Positions 50,500 through 62,030 of a stretch of 64,000 nucleotides of DNA are shown piece after piece. The translations under genes and the position numbers were made by a program. The stretch covers positions 137,950,001 to 138,014,000 of the forward strand of contig NC_042997.1 in the NCBI RefSeq assembly GCF_006345805.1, read 5' to 3'. The stretch is from Octopus sinensis. Lineage: Eukaryota. The notes under the pieces were generated by a model, which was not told where the DNA came from, did no database searches, and saw only the letters and a program-made list of their open reading frames with translations. How positions within the stretch are numbered: the stretch's first letter is position 1; each line of letters starts with the position of its first letter.

Positions 50500-51300
50500 C
50501 AGCTCCGTTTTTGAAGGATAAATTGTTGTATTACACAGCAACATTAACATCTTGTTTTTGACTAAGCAGTCGACTATCAGAATCAAATGGATATCGTATT
50601 TGGCTGGGGCAAGGGTACTTTCTCTCAGTGCTTCACAGTTTTTCGTTTTAGAGCTTGTTTGAACGGAAATGCAGGACCTTAGGCACTGCATATGCAGACA
50701 AGATCACAATCACATTAAACATCTCAGAAAATGATGTATTCCTCATCAAGGAGCAATGTTTCGGACAAGGTGTCAAATATCGTTCAGAAATTTGCCGAGA
50801 GCAAACTGTCCCTGAAAACCAAGTAGAGATCACCAATGCTTATATTACTTGAAGTTTTGTTTTTTTTTTTGTTAATATTGTTGCTTTTTTTCCTAGGCAT
50901 TGTTCATGGGCCTTTTCAGAGCATCTAAAACAGGTGAAAAGGAGGGAGGACGTTATCTTCAAACCAGAGATTTTCTATAAAAATTATTGCCAGCCCCGAA
51001 CGTTATGACGTTTCGTACACAAATACGTCTATGTAAACAATGCAATCGAAGATAGAAAATTAGGTAACGAGTGTATATGCAGATTTTAGGAGTTCTTGAC
51101 CTCTATTAAAGCAATGTGTTCGTGGATGGTTAATGGGTTGGACGTGGTGCTGAAGAAGGGTAAGAGCTCCTGAAGCATGCATATTCACCTCTTGCCTATT
51201 TTTCTATCTTCGGTCGAAAGTCTATTATAATATACTGAGTATATATTTTTTAATCCATTAATATATTTGGTAGTATGCTATGGTTGCATAACGAAATTAA
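50500..51300. promoter_or_regulatory. CpG-enriched unique segment, possible promoter or first-exon region
   Basis: About 20 CpGs by eye in 800 bp versus sparse CpG in the flanks; TGACGT and GTAAACA motifs; donor-like TAG|gtaacg and AGG|gtaaga. Confidence 0.3.
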
Positions 51301-51309
51301 TCAACCCAG

Positions 51310-51590
51310 AGAATGCTTGCAGCTGACTGAACTCCACCTCTTGGGACATGCCTACAAAGTCAGAAAACAGCACAGCTCCCATGACTTTCGGAAACATTTT
51401 TTCACGCTCAGGGTTGCTGAAGCGTGGAATAAACTGCCTGCATCAGTTGTTGACTGCCATGACACTGCATCCTTTAAGGCCCTCATGCTTCCCGAAATCC
51501 GTCGAAACTACACCTGATTATATATACACTTTAGATGAGTTGTAGTGCACCTGAGCACTGTACACAATTATTATTATTATTATTATTTGG
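51310..51590 (+). mobile_element. CR1-clade LINE 3' end
   Basis: LGHAYKVRKQHSSHDFRKHFFTLRVAEAWNKLPASVVDCHDTASFK (CR1 C-terminal motif), then a short 3'UTR and (ATT)n tail. Confidence 0.88.
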
Positions 51591-52145
51591 TGCTTTTAGT
51601 GATGTCGTCAAACTAAGTACTATACTTAATCTATCTGCCAAGGATTTGAACCCAGAACACACACAGCTGGGACCAATACTGCAATGCATCTGGCCCAACG
51701 TTCTTACAGTCCTAGTTCCACTAATCCCCTACACGGAATGAATCCCAAAAAGGAAAAGTAAAGTTAACCTTTGTAGAATTTGATCACTGAGCATAGAGTA
51801 TTTTCTGCTTTAGATCTCCAAGTTGTGTGGTGGTTGAGTGTAGTGGTCTAAATTCATGTTTCAATTTAAAGATAGGGGGGTGAGGTTAGTAATTATCAAG
51901 GATTAACGTTTCTAAAAAAATTTAAGGGGAAATTTTAAGAGGAAAATAAATCTAGATCATGATTGACTTGGATTTTTGTGGGTATCAAAATTGTTATAAT
52001 TCTCACTCAGTGGCACCTAGGGCAAGCATCTCTTATGATGGAAACTAATAAAGCCATTGTACCTCTGTGCATGCATGTGCATGAATGTTGTGTCTGAGCA
52101 AACTGAGTCTATTTTTACATTCTCTGGTATCCAAAGATCTCATAC

Positions 52146-52312
52146 TTTCAGTGGTTTCTCTGCTTTCAATATGTGAAAGACCAGTAGGATGAAAGTGTCT
52201 TATTTGGAAAACATATAAAGATTTTCGAACAGGAAGATAATCAGGCCATAGAACAACTGTCTCATTGAATTTTATCAAACCATTGACTCTCATTGTAGAT
52301 GCTGAAGTGATC
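52146..52312 (-). CDS. Candidate 167-nt exon (ITSASTMRVNGLIKFNETVVLWPDYLPVRKSLYVFQIRHFHPTGLSHIESRETTE)
   Basis: Acceptor tactaacag, donor AAA|gtatga, single open frame. Confidence 0.3.
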
Positions 52313-55300
52313 CTGTTAGTAATTGGAGGTGGAGGCAACCTGTCCAGACAGCCACATCAGAAAGCTCCAATGGGGTTGCTTAACTTGCAAGAAAATGCAG
52401 TCAGATCTCTCAAATTGTGTCATACCACTATTAAGGAAAGGACACATTGAGTAAGGTAATCTTTAGATATAATCCTAAGATAAAAGGGATGGTCACAGTT
52501 AAAATGTCTGATCACAGATATATCTGACTCAGTTTGATCTGGGGTTATACATCAACAATAACAACCACTGCCTGTCAAGAACACAATACAGTGCCTGGTC
52601 TGGTAATAGAAACCATGATCTTGCAATTATGAGTGCAAAGCAAAATTGCTGTCCTCCACACATACAGGCTTGTTCTTTCAGGTGCCAGTACCGCATAAAA
52701 AGCACCCATGCTGGTGCTGTGTAAATACACATGTGCCACTGGCATGTAAAATGTACCCAGCACACTTAAGTGGTTGGCATTAGGAAGGACATCCAACTAT
52801 AGAAACCATGCCACAACAGACAATTGGAATCTGAACAGCTCCCAGCTGGCCAACTTCATGTCAAACCGTCCAACCCATGCTAATATGGGAAATGGACATT
52901 AAACAATGATGATGACATCATCAAAATATCGAAGCTACAAGATATTGCAGGATCAATTCAAAATAATGCGAATAAATAAGTATTACATTTGAGAAAGTAA
53001 TCTGAATGCTAAAGGGTCAAATATCAAAACACTTCATTTGAAATTACTCCAGTTCACTCAGCTGGCAAAAATTAAGTAATCCTGCAATGGATTTGTATGT
53101 CCTGTCCAAGGGGGAAATATATATGTCCATAGAAACTAGAAACTGGCCCTATGGAAGGTGTGTTGCTTATTGGTTAGGGTGTTGGACTCGTGATTGTAAA
53201 ATTGTGGTTTCAATTCCTGGACTGGGTGGCACAATGTGTTCTTGAGCAAAATACTTCATTTCATGTTGCTCCAGTCCACCTAGCTGGCAAAAATGAGTAA
53301 TCCTGTGATGGACCAGTGGGGAATATATATTTCATGAAACTGGGAAACTGGGCCTTAAGAGCCAGCATGATTTGAGAAGATAACTATACTTTTTCTTAGT
53401 ATAGTAGAGAGCAATTGCCTAAGGTGCAGTGCAGTGGGACTGAACCTGAAACCATGTGGTGACAAAGTGAACTTCTTAACCAGACATATGCCTATGCCTA
53501 ATGAAATTTTTAAAAAAATTATGGCTTTGTCAAGAGGAAGAAGGGAGGCAATACTCCTGATGAGTGTTTTTGGAGGGTCCCAGACTCAAGGCCAGAGACT
53601 TAAGTCTACTTGCAGTAGAGTAACCTGTGCTAAAATCAACCAAGGGACAGGTGATGAGGTTAAACCAGTTAAATTAAGTATACAGTCCCAGAGCAGGTAC
53701 AGTCCATTTAGTAGACTTTCATACAGCTTTCATTTACCCAACTCCCAGTTTTATCCACAACTTGGGTTAACCCTAGGCAACAGTAAAAGACATTTAGCCA
53801 AGGCACCCCTAAATGGGATTAAATCAAGGACCACATAATTACGAAACAAACCTCTTTACCACATGGTCACTGTTTTAAGTTGCTACAACTAAACTTCATC
53901 CAGTAGGTGGGAGGGGGCCTGGTCATGGAGTTCCAGGGTTTTGAGGAACATGGCACCACCGCTTAACCACTATTGTTCCCAAGTCTATTCTGACCTGAAA
54001 TAGTAGCACCTGTCAGGGTCCTAGCTGTTGGTCAATTAGTATGTCACCCAATGAACTGATGAATGGCAGATGAGGCTCTTCAGCTCTTTAGCTGCCCATC
54101 TAAGGGAAGGTAATTCCATACAAATCTAGCATTCTGATGACTATCGGGCTTGTGAAACTTGTCAGGAGGAAGCAGAGTGGATGTAATACTCTTGACTAGT
54201 TTTGCAGGTTCTCTAATACTAGAGTTGTGGGTGGTGGGAAGGGGAGTAATGAAACCATGACTTATGGATCAGACTCTCGATCAGAGACTTAAGTCAAAAC
54301 ACTTGTAATAGAGAGCTCTATACTAATACTAATATTCATTGTGCAGGTTGTTCAGTAAACCAGGACACCAACACCAATGCCTAATTTTCTTCATATGTAC
54401 AGTGACAATAGGAAAGGTGATGATGGGGATCTGTAGGGGATGCTATTGGAAGTCTTCAGCTTTGACCCTGCACTCGGGTAGCCATAGATAGGGAATTTTC
54501 ACTGAACTATCATTCATACCACACATATACATTGTCCTTGGTGTAGAATCATTGAATTCACTAATGTTTAATGAAATATAGTGTTGCAACTAAAAGGAAT
54601 TTTACTGAATCACAATCTATTAAGAAGTTAGATCACTGATGGCTGTTCTTATAAAGTAATTAGGAACAAATCTACTTAGTTGAGTCAGGTAAAAGCTATC
54701 TAAGAAATATTACAGTGGGATCTGAACCATACATTGTGAAGGTGTATTGCCTAGTGTTAGGGAGTTGGGCTCATGATTTTCAGATAGTGAGTTCAAATTC
54801 TGGTCTAGACAGTGTGTATACACCCATGAAGAAAGTACTTCATTTCATGATGCTCCAGTTAATTCAGATGAAAATGAGCCCCAGCCAAAGACTGATTCCA
54901 CCCCACTCTCTCAAGTTGTTACATCCTGGATTTGCCACTGGATCACAGGGTGTTTGTTCGTGACTATACAGGCACCTGAAACAATTAGCAAAAGCATGGT
55001 GCAGAGTACCAAGTCTTGCTTGCTTCTGAGTAATGATTAACGTTTATTGGAAGCTAACAAAACATCGATTATACAGTTGCTCTGATTCCCTTCAGCAGGG
55101 AGCTTTAATCACTCATGGCTGTTATCCACATCTAAGCACATATTGGATAAATTAGTCCTAGGTACACTCTGGTTAGATAAAAGCTGGTATGGCCACAGCT
55201 ACAATGTTTTTTAGCATTAACTGTAGATTTATCTGCATACCAGAAACTGAATATGAACTCAACTTTCTGGTTAATATCCACATATCCTTTCAGTTTTGCA

Positions 55301-57491
55301 ATGTGTGATGAGAGAGAAGTAGGAGTGTTTAGTGTGTGTGTGTGTGCATGTACCAATGAGTACACGTGTGAAGTATGTTTAAATGTGTGTGTACATGTTA
55401 GGTATATTTAACTATGCTTAGAGATATGCTTAAATGTGTAATTGTTGCTGTCAAGAAATGGGAAACTACTCTATAGATAAGCTGCAAAGTGTATCGTCCC
55501 CTGAATATGCTGTCATACTGCTATAAACTTTGGCAAGAATATGGCCAACACACTACCCCTATCTAGATTATCAAGAATACTCATAGTTTTTAAAATGTGA
55601 CCTTTCCCGTAATAACCTTTAGACTTGTATCAAAGTAAAATAAGAATAAATTTCCAAATATTCAAACCAATAAAAGTATTTAAAGGAAACTGTACTATCC
55701 ATTACTTGTTTATTTAACACACACGAGACATCACCTTACTACAATTAATAGGCATATAAATCCAGTTTCTTTGGTCACTTATCATCTGGCTACTCAAATG
55801 TCTGTTCAACCCCAAATAGAAGATCAAACACTGTCACAGATACCTTATGATATGCAGTATGTTAATAGTAAGGTTAAATTTACCAAAGACATGCAACTCA
55901 TGGTTCAAAAAACATTTGTTTTATCAAACTGCGTTTGATACCTCTATCTCAGACAGACCCACTGTGTGAAAATCATTTCCAGTCCTGTTTGCTTAAGTGC
56001 CTTATTTCTGTATAGGAGTTGAAAATTCTGAAAACCTCAGACTTATAGTGTACCTCGAAAATGAAAGAACATGGCTTAGTGTATTCAGCTCATAATTGTA
56101 AGATTGTGAGTTCAATACCCAACAGTGAATTGTGTCCTTGAACAATACACTTTATTTCATATATTGCTCCAGTCCACTCTGCTTGCAAAAATGAGTAGTA
56201 TCTGTAGTTCAAAGTACTAGTATTGCTACATTATGTGTCATACTAAATCTCCCTGAGAACTATTTGGAATGTTATTACCAGTACAAATATTGCACTCTCA
56301 CCCTGAGCACTATGTTAAAGGCATGCATGTCCTTGCCACTTGCACATGAATTTTACTAGCAGGCTGTTTCATTGATCAGATCAACCAGAGCACTCATCAG
56401 AGTTAGAGCCTCCAAAAATGCTCAACTTTAAGAAAAAAGATCCATGCTTCACCACACTATGCAGTATAATATAACCCACAGATTTGTAAGTGAAACATGT
56501 CAGTTCTACCCAAGCATAGAAATTTAGTTCTGTAAATAAATAGAAAAAAATGCTTTTCAATAAAAAAAATTTTTGATTTAGGAATGAAGCAAGAAAATTT
56601 TGAATGGTTAATTTACATTAACCTCAGTATGTGACTGGTATCTTATTTTATCAACCCTAGAAGGCTGAAAGGTAAAATTGACCTCATCAGTATTTGAACT
56701 TACACCATAAAGAGCCAGAACAAATACAGCATATTCGCTGACAATAATTCTGCTAATCTACCAATGTATATAATTATATCTTAGCCACAAAGACATTGGA
56801 TGAAGAGGACATTACAAAGAAAAATTACAATTTATATGAAGGTTTACATAAAGTTGCTTGAGTATGTATAGTATGCAAAATATGAACACAAGTGAAACAG
56901 GTATCCTCACACAAGGGAGCTTTCAATTAAGGCTGATCTAGAAACCCCAAAGATTCAAAATCATCCTGATCACTAAGGGCACATGCCCTTTCCCAACTGT
57001 TGTTCTCTGATCTGTGCTTCCACTCAAAACCATTTTTGTTCTTTCACTTTACTTTCCAAGCAGAACTTGAAAAAAATCAACTGAAGAGAATATCTGTCTA
57101 GAATCCTTCAGTCTCATCTATCACACAATGAAAAACTACTTTCCCAGTCCTATTAAAGAAGGGCAATTGGATGATTTTCTAGATGGACTTAGCCTATAGC
57201 TGGGTTGTCTCACATGCAAGAACAAGTCAGTAAAACTTGACCATGTACAAGTGTATTTAGTACTGTTTCATCGCTGTGAATATCTTAGTCAATAGGGTTT
57301 TTTTTCATTTGATGGCTATTTTTAATTTTTCAGGGGAAAAAAGAAAAAAAAATAGTATGGTTGACTGAATAATCCTAGAAGTAACTAGGATGTATTTAAC
57401 TATAGGGAAGTAAAATAGAAAATTTTTGTTAGTATATCCAAGTTGACATTCACTTCTTTGATAAAAATACTAGTAATACATTGAATGCAAA

Positions 57492-57703
57492 GGCGGTGAG
57501 CTGGCAGAAACGTTGGCACATTGGGTTAAATGCTTAGCAGTATTTTGTCTGTCTTTATGTTCTGAGTTCAAATTTGCCAAGGTCGACTTTGCCTTACATC
57601 CTTTTGGAGTTGATAAATTATGTACCAGTTGCATACTGGGATGATCTAATCAACTGGCCCCCTCCCCCAAAATTTCAGGCCTTGTGCCTAGAGTAGAAAA
57701 GAA
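57492..57703 (+). mobile_element. Full-length tRNA-derived SINE with Nin/Deu-like core
   Basis: GGCGGTGAGCTGGCAGAA head, GAGTTCAAAT B-box, GTCGACTTTGCCTTACATCC..GATAAATTATGTACCAG core. Confidence 0.85.
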
Positions 57704-57792
57704 TACATTGAATGTAAGAGGAATTCAAAATAGTTATCACATTGCTATTAGTAAAAATTACAAATCAGTTTTATAGTTTGATACATTAATGT

Positions 57793-58245
57793 TTAATGCC
57801 ATGAGAATTAAGATACTCATAAGGAATTCTTTTAAAAAATGCTACCATCAGAAGAAATCAGAAACCACTGTCTGATTGTGACAGTGAGTATAGAGATCAA
57901 TGTCATAAACTTTAGAGAATATTCCTAGAAAGCTATAACTGCAACATAAATTCTCTACATTGCTGAAACCATTACACTTCATCCATACATTTATTAACAC
58001 AAGAACAAGCATGAATGTTACAAAATCATCAAAGTTAGAATTGAGTAGCAGAAATGATAAGGCACATGTACTGAAACTATGTTGCAGTCCTAGTTTTCTA
58101 GGAATCCTCCCCATAGTTTATGGCACTGGTCACTACACTCACTGTCACAATTGCAAGGAATGAAATATACAGTTCATGATGATTTCTTCTGATGAAAGCC
58201 TTTTTTAAAAGTTCTTTATTAATATCTTAATTCTTACTGCATTAA
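57793..58245. repeat. ~450-bp degenerate foldback element
   Basis: Matching inverted blocks TTAATGC..AGAATTAAGATA, CATCAGAAGAAATCA, ATTGTGACAGTGAGT and TCCTAGAAA. Confidence 0.75.
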
Positions 58246-58594
58246 GTGTTCATTTATCAAACTATAAAACTGATACGTATTTTTTCTTCTAATGGTAATA
58301 GGATAGCTATTTTGAATTTCTCTCAAGTTCAGTATCTAATTTTTTTATTTTACAATCTGCTGTCAAATCCTGCTGATGTTAGCTTCACACCTCTCTTCCC
58401 ACAAATTGGTCATTATTTAAGAAAACATTAGAATATAGGCCAACAAGAAGCCATTGTTACTTTCTGCCAACTTGCTCTAAAAACTCCCATTATACTATTA
58501 AAAAAACAAATACACACAGAAAATGGAATCCTAAATAACTAGAAATAAAAAGGGAGAAAATGGGGACATGATGATCATAGGTGGAATATCTTCT

Positions 58595-58822
58595 TTAACA
58601 CCTTAGCATTCAAACCGGCCATATCTGGCCAAAATATTGTACTTGCTTTATGTTCAAACTGACCAGACCCAGGCTCCCTCACCTGCCCTACAATGGCATT
58701 GCAAAAATAAACTATCACATCACCGAAATTTCAAACCTATAAAAGAACGCAGGCTTAATGGAAAGCAATTTGACTAAATAAGCATTACATTTGACAGATT
58801 AATCTAAATACTCAAAAGTTAA
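58595..58822. mobile_element. piggyBac-type MITE family A
   Basis: TTAA at both ends; body colinear with 16533 and 30205. Confidence 0.75.
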
Positions 58823-59419
58823 GCATGTCTGTTTGATTAGAGTTGAAATGAGGCTAAACAATGACTGAGTATGGAGGAGGCACTAAGCTGACAGAAATGT
58901 TAAAGTATGAGATTAAAAGTTGCACAATATATGGTGTCAATGCTTTATGGTCTACACTTAAGTCATGTCTTGGATCCTTCCAAGAAATGAAATCACCAGT
59001 CATTTTCAACACATATCAGCCTTTTGTTATTTTATTAGCTACAAATGTACAAAGTTGGATGGCATTAATTTATTGAAAATTAAATATTATGAATAGGTTA
59101 GTATAATATTCAGTGTGACAAGAATTAGAAAACAAATAATGAATTTTTTTAGAAAGCCTCTATCAGAAAAGATCATCCCCAAGAAGGATGTATTCCATGA
59201 TTTGTTACTGTGACTATGAACATAAAGGGGAGACAAGTCACATTCTAAAAGAAAGATTAGAAGAATATCAAGTGGTAATCTATAGGAAGACAGAAAATAA
59301 ATAAGGCTGGCTGATCATATTCATATATATATATAGATACACACATACACACATTCATATATATGTATGTATATAGATATACACACACATCTATAGATAG
59401 ATATACACACATTCATGAG

Positions 59420-60428
59420 AGCCTCCCAAATGTGAACCCAGTAAAGGGACCACCTATCTGAATAGACAGCTCCCTAGTAGATAAAGAAATTAAAGGTATG
59501 AAGCCAGGAAAAGCCCCCAGTCCATCAGGAATCACTGCTGAGATGCCTAAAATACCTGGTGGTGTGGGCTATGGCCTAGTCACCCGCATTGTAAACCAGG
59601 TAGTTCATGATGGAGTCATACCTAATGACTGGCGTAGCAGCACCATAGTCAAATGCTACAAGGGTAAAGGCGATGCTCTAGATAGAAATGACTATAGGGG
59701 TATCAAATTGCTGGATCAGGTGATGAAGGTCACGGAGAGGATCATAGCCCATCTCATTAGGGAGAGAATCTGCTTAGATGAGATGCAGTTCAGGTAGAAT
59801 CACCACTGATGCTATATTCCTGGTTTGACAACTGCAGGAGAAATACCTAGCTAAAGATAAACCACTATACTTAGCTTTTGTGAACTTGGAGAAAGCCTTT
59901 GACAGGGTTCCCCGATCCCTTATCTGGTGGGCGATGCGGAAACTGGAGATTGATGAATGGCTCCATACAGAGAGGCCGTTAGTAACATTAGGATTGGCAA
60001 TGAGTATAGAGAAGAATTCCGGGTAGAAGTAGGGGTTCACCAAGGATCAGCCCTCAGTCCCCTTTTATTCATCATAGTCCTCCAGGCAATAACAGAGGAA
60101 TTCAAAACAGGTTGCCTCCTGGAGCTCCTCTATGCTGATGACCTGGCCCTCATAGCAGAATCACTACCAGAACTAGAAAATAAATTTAGGGTGTGGAAGC
60201 AAGGTTTCGAATCAAAAGGTCTTAGAGTCAATGTAGCAAAGACAAAAGTTCTAGCAGATGTACAGGGGCAATAAACACCACAGATACTCAGAAAACAGAT
60301 TCCATCACACTCCAGGGGAAGAAACTAGAAATAGTTGATAGCGTCCACTATCTACGTGACCAAGTTAGTAGTGGGGGTGGATGCTCTGAGAGTGTTACCA
60401 GAAAAATAAGAATAGCCTGGGCAAAGCT
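59420..60428 (+). pseudogene. RTE-clade LINE reverse transcriptase fragment (internal deletions, truncated at both ends)
   Basis: MKPGKAPSPSGITAEM..YKGKGDALDRNDYRGIKLL; FVNLEKAFDRVP; GVHQGSALSPLLF..LLYADDLAL..GLRVNVAKTKV. Confidence 0.95.
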
Positions 60429-60730
60429 AGCACGGGTTGGACGGTTCGACCAGGGTCTGGGAAGCCAGGAGGCTGCACCAGGCTCCAGTCTGATCTGGCA
60501 GTGTTTCTACAGCTGGATGTCCTTCCTAACACCAACCACTCCGTGAGTGTAGTGGGTGCTTTTTATGTGCCACCGGCACAGGTGCCAGGGGAAGCTGGCA
60601 GCAGCCACAATCGGTTGGTGCTTTTTACATGCCACCTGCATGAAAGCCAGTCTGGGTGGTGCTGGCATCGGCCATGTTCGGATGGTGATTTTTACATGCC
60701 ACCAGCACAACTACAATTTCCATTTGATAT
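60428..60730 (-). mobile_element. RTE-tailed SINE or 3'UTR fragment abutting the RT in the opposite orientation
   Basis: Reverse complement of the tail seen at 45420-45580. Confidence 0.75.
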
Positions 60731-61447
60731 TTATTTTGATGTTGATGTACTTGACTCAATAGGTCTCTTCAAGCACAGCAGGTCACCCTATGATCCAAGG
60801 TAAGCACAGCAGGTCATTCTGCAATCCAAGATACTTTGGATGGGCTGAGGCTGCTATGAGTTTGCCTTCCTACTTACTATAACTTTGGTCTTTGCTACAT
60901 TTATTGTAGATATAAATTATTTATTGTGCTTGTTTAATTATTTTGAAGTGAATGGTGATCTTTTGCTTGTCACCTGAAGTTCGTTAATTTCCATAAAAAT
61001 ATTTTGTTTACTTGTTTTAAAGCCAAAGAGAGAAGAATGGGAAAGATGTATATATGTGTATATGAAATGGGATGCGTGTGTGTGAGAGAGAGAGAGAGAG
61101 AAAGAAAGTGAGAGAAAGAGAGAGATACAGACATCCTTTTTGAATGTACATGTGCATGTGTGTGAGAGAGAGAGAGAGAGTGAGTGAGTGAACATGTGTG
61201 TTCTCCTGTATGTGTAAGTGGCTCTCTCTCTCTCTCTCATACACATTCATACATCTCTGACTTTCTCCTCTCTTTCACTTTAAAACAAAAGTAAATAGAC
61301 TTTTTTACGGAAATTAACAAACAGAACCAGCTGATCCAGATGACAGTTCTGACAGTCAAAGCAACAGCTCTTGGACTCAAAGTGAAAGATCGCCCCAAGG
61401 GAATATTACAAAAATTTTTTCGAGTACATTCAACATATCTTAGCACC

Positions 61448-61566
61448 AAAGATTTGGCTGCTGTTTCTAGCACGCCCTGCTACCACGTAACAACTATTTG
61501 CAATAAAGGACCTGAAATACCTGTTATGTGGTAACAGGGCATGCAAGAAATAGCAACCAAATCTTT
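61448..61566. repeat. Inverted repeat with 45-bp arms and 29-nt loop
   Basis: 61448-61492 versus 61522-61566, 39/45 Watson-Crick pairs. Confidence 0.92.
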
Positions 61567-61636
61567 CCTTTTCTGGAGAAAGGAGCCGTTTATGCGTGAT
61601 TTCAAAGTCACATTCGTTGAAAACATCCGAAATAAC
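61521..61636 (-). CDS. Candidate 116-nt exon (VISDVFNECDFEITHKRLLSPEKERFGCYFLHALLPHN, or an alternative frame MFSTNVTLKSRINGSFLQKRKDLVAISCMPCYHIT)
   Basis: Very strong polypyrimidine acceptor tttttttttttccttttccag and donor CAG|gtattt; two frames open. Confidence 0.45.
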
Positions 61637-61805
61637 CTGGAAAAGGAAAAAAAAAAACAGGAAACAAAATTCTGCTGCTGGGAAACTCAGACTTTCCAGG
61701 CAACTCAACAGGTCACAGGTAGTCTAGTGTGTATATGTATATATGTATGAATATATACATCACACACACATTTATATACCATGAAATGGGGTTACTTTAA
61801 ACACG

Positions 61806-62030
61806 GGTAATTTCCTTCAGCTAAATGGGTTAATTCATTTTTAAAGCGAAACAAATCCCAATTAGTATCATGCCTGTGCCAAAATATCAAAAGATCCAGA
61901 GCATGTTTAAGTGCTACAGAAGTATCCGTGTACTTCCAGCACTTAAAAGTGTCTCTTACAGTTAATAGAAAACTTATCCCTCCAAATAACATATTCAACT
62001 TTGGAACATAAGTAAAAAAAATATCATTGT
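61806..62030 (+). pseudogene. pogo/Tigger-like transposase remnant
   Basis: AKWVNSFLKRNKSQLVSCLCQNIKRSRACLSATEVSVYFQHLKVSL..IPPNNIFNF matches the pogo W..F.KR..RA..YF..L..PP.NIFN.DET pattern. Confidence 0.6.

Noticed and set aside
53434-53838. 134-aa + strand ORF
   Set aside because: Starts in a SINE head and ends in another SINE fragment; chimeric non-coding.
54131-54168. CTGATGA...GAAACTTGTC hammerhead-like core
   Set aside because: Stems I and II do not pair, and the related repeat copy near 42025-42060 lacks both core motifs.
53581-54315. Short similarity CAGACTC..CAGAGACTTAAGTC at 53581 and 54265 as possible LTRs
   Set aside because: Only ~25 matching bases, with no TG/CA ends or target duplication.
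56355-56400. Minus-strand CTGATGAG...GAAAC
   Set aside because: Lies in a degenerate SINE tail; there is no proper stem II or cleavage triplet.
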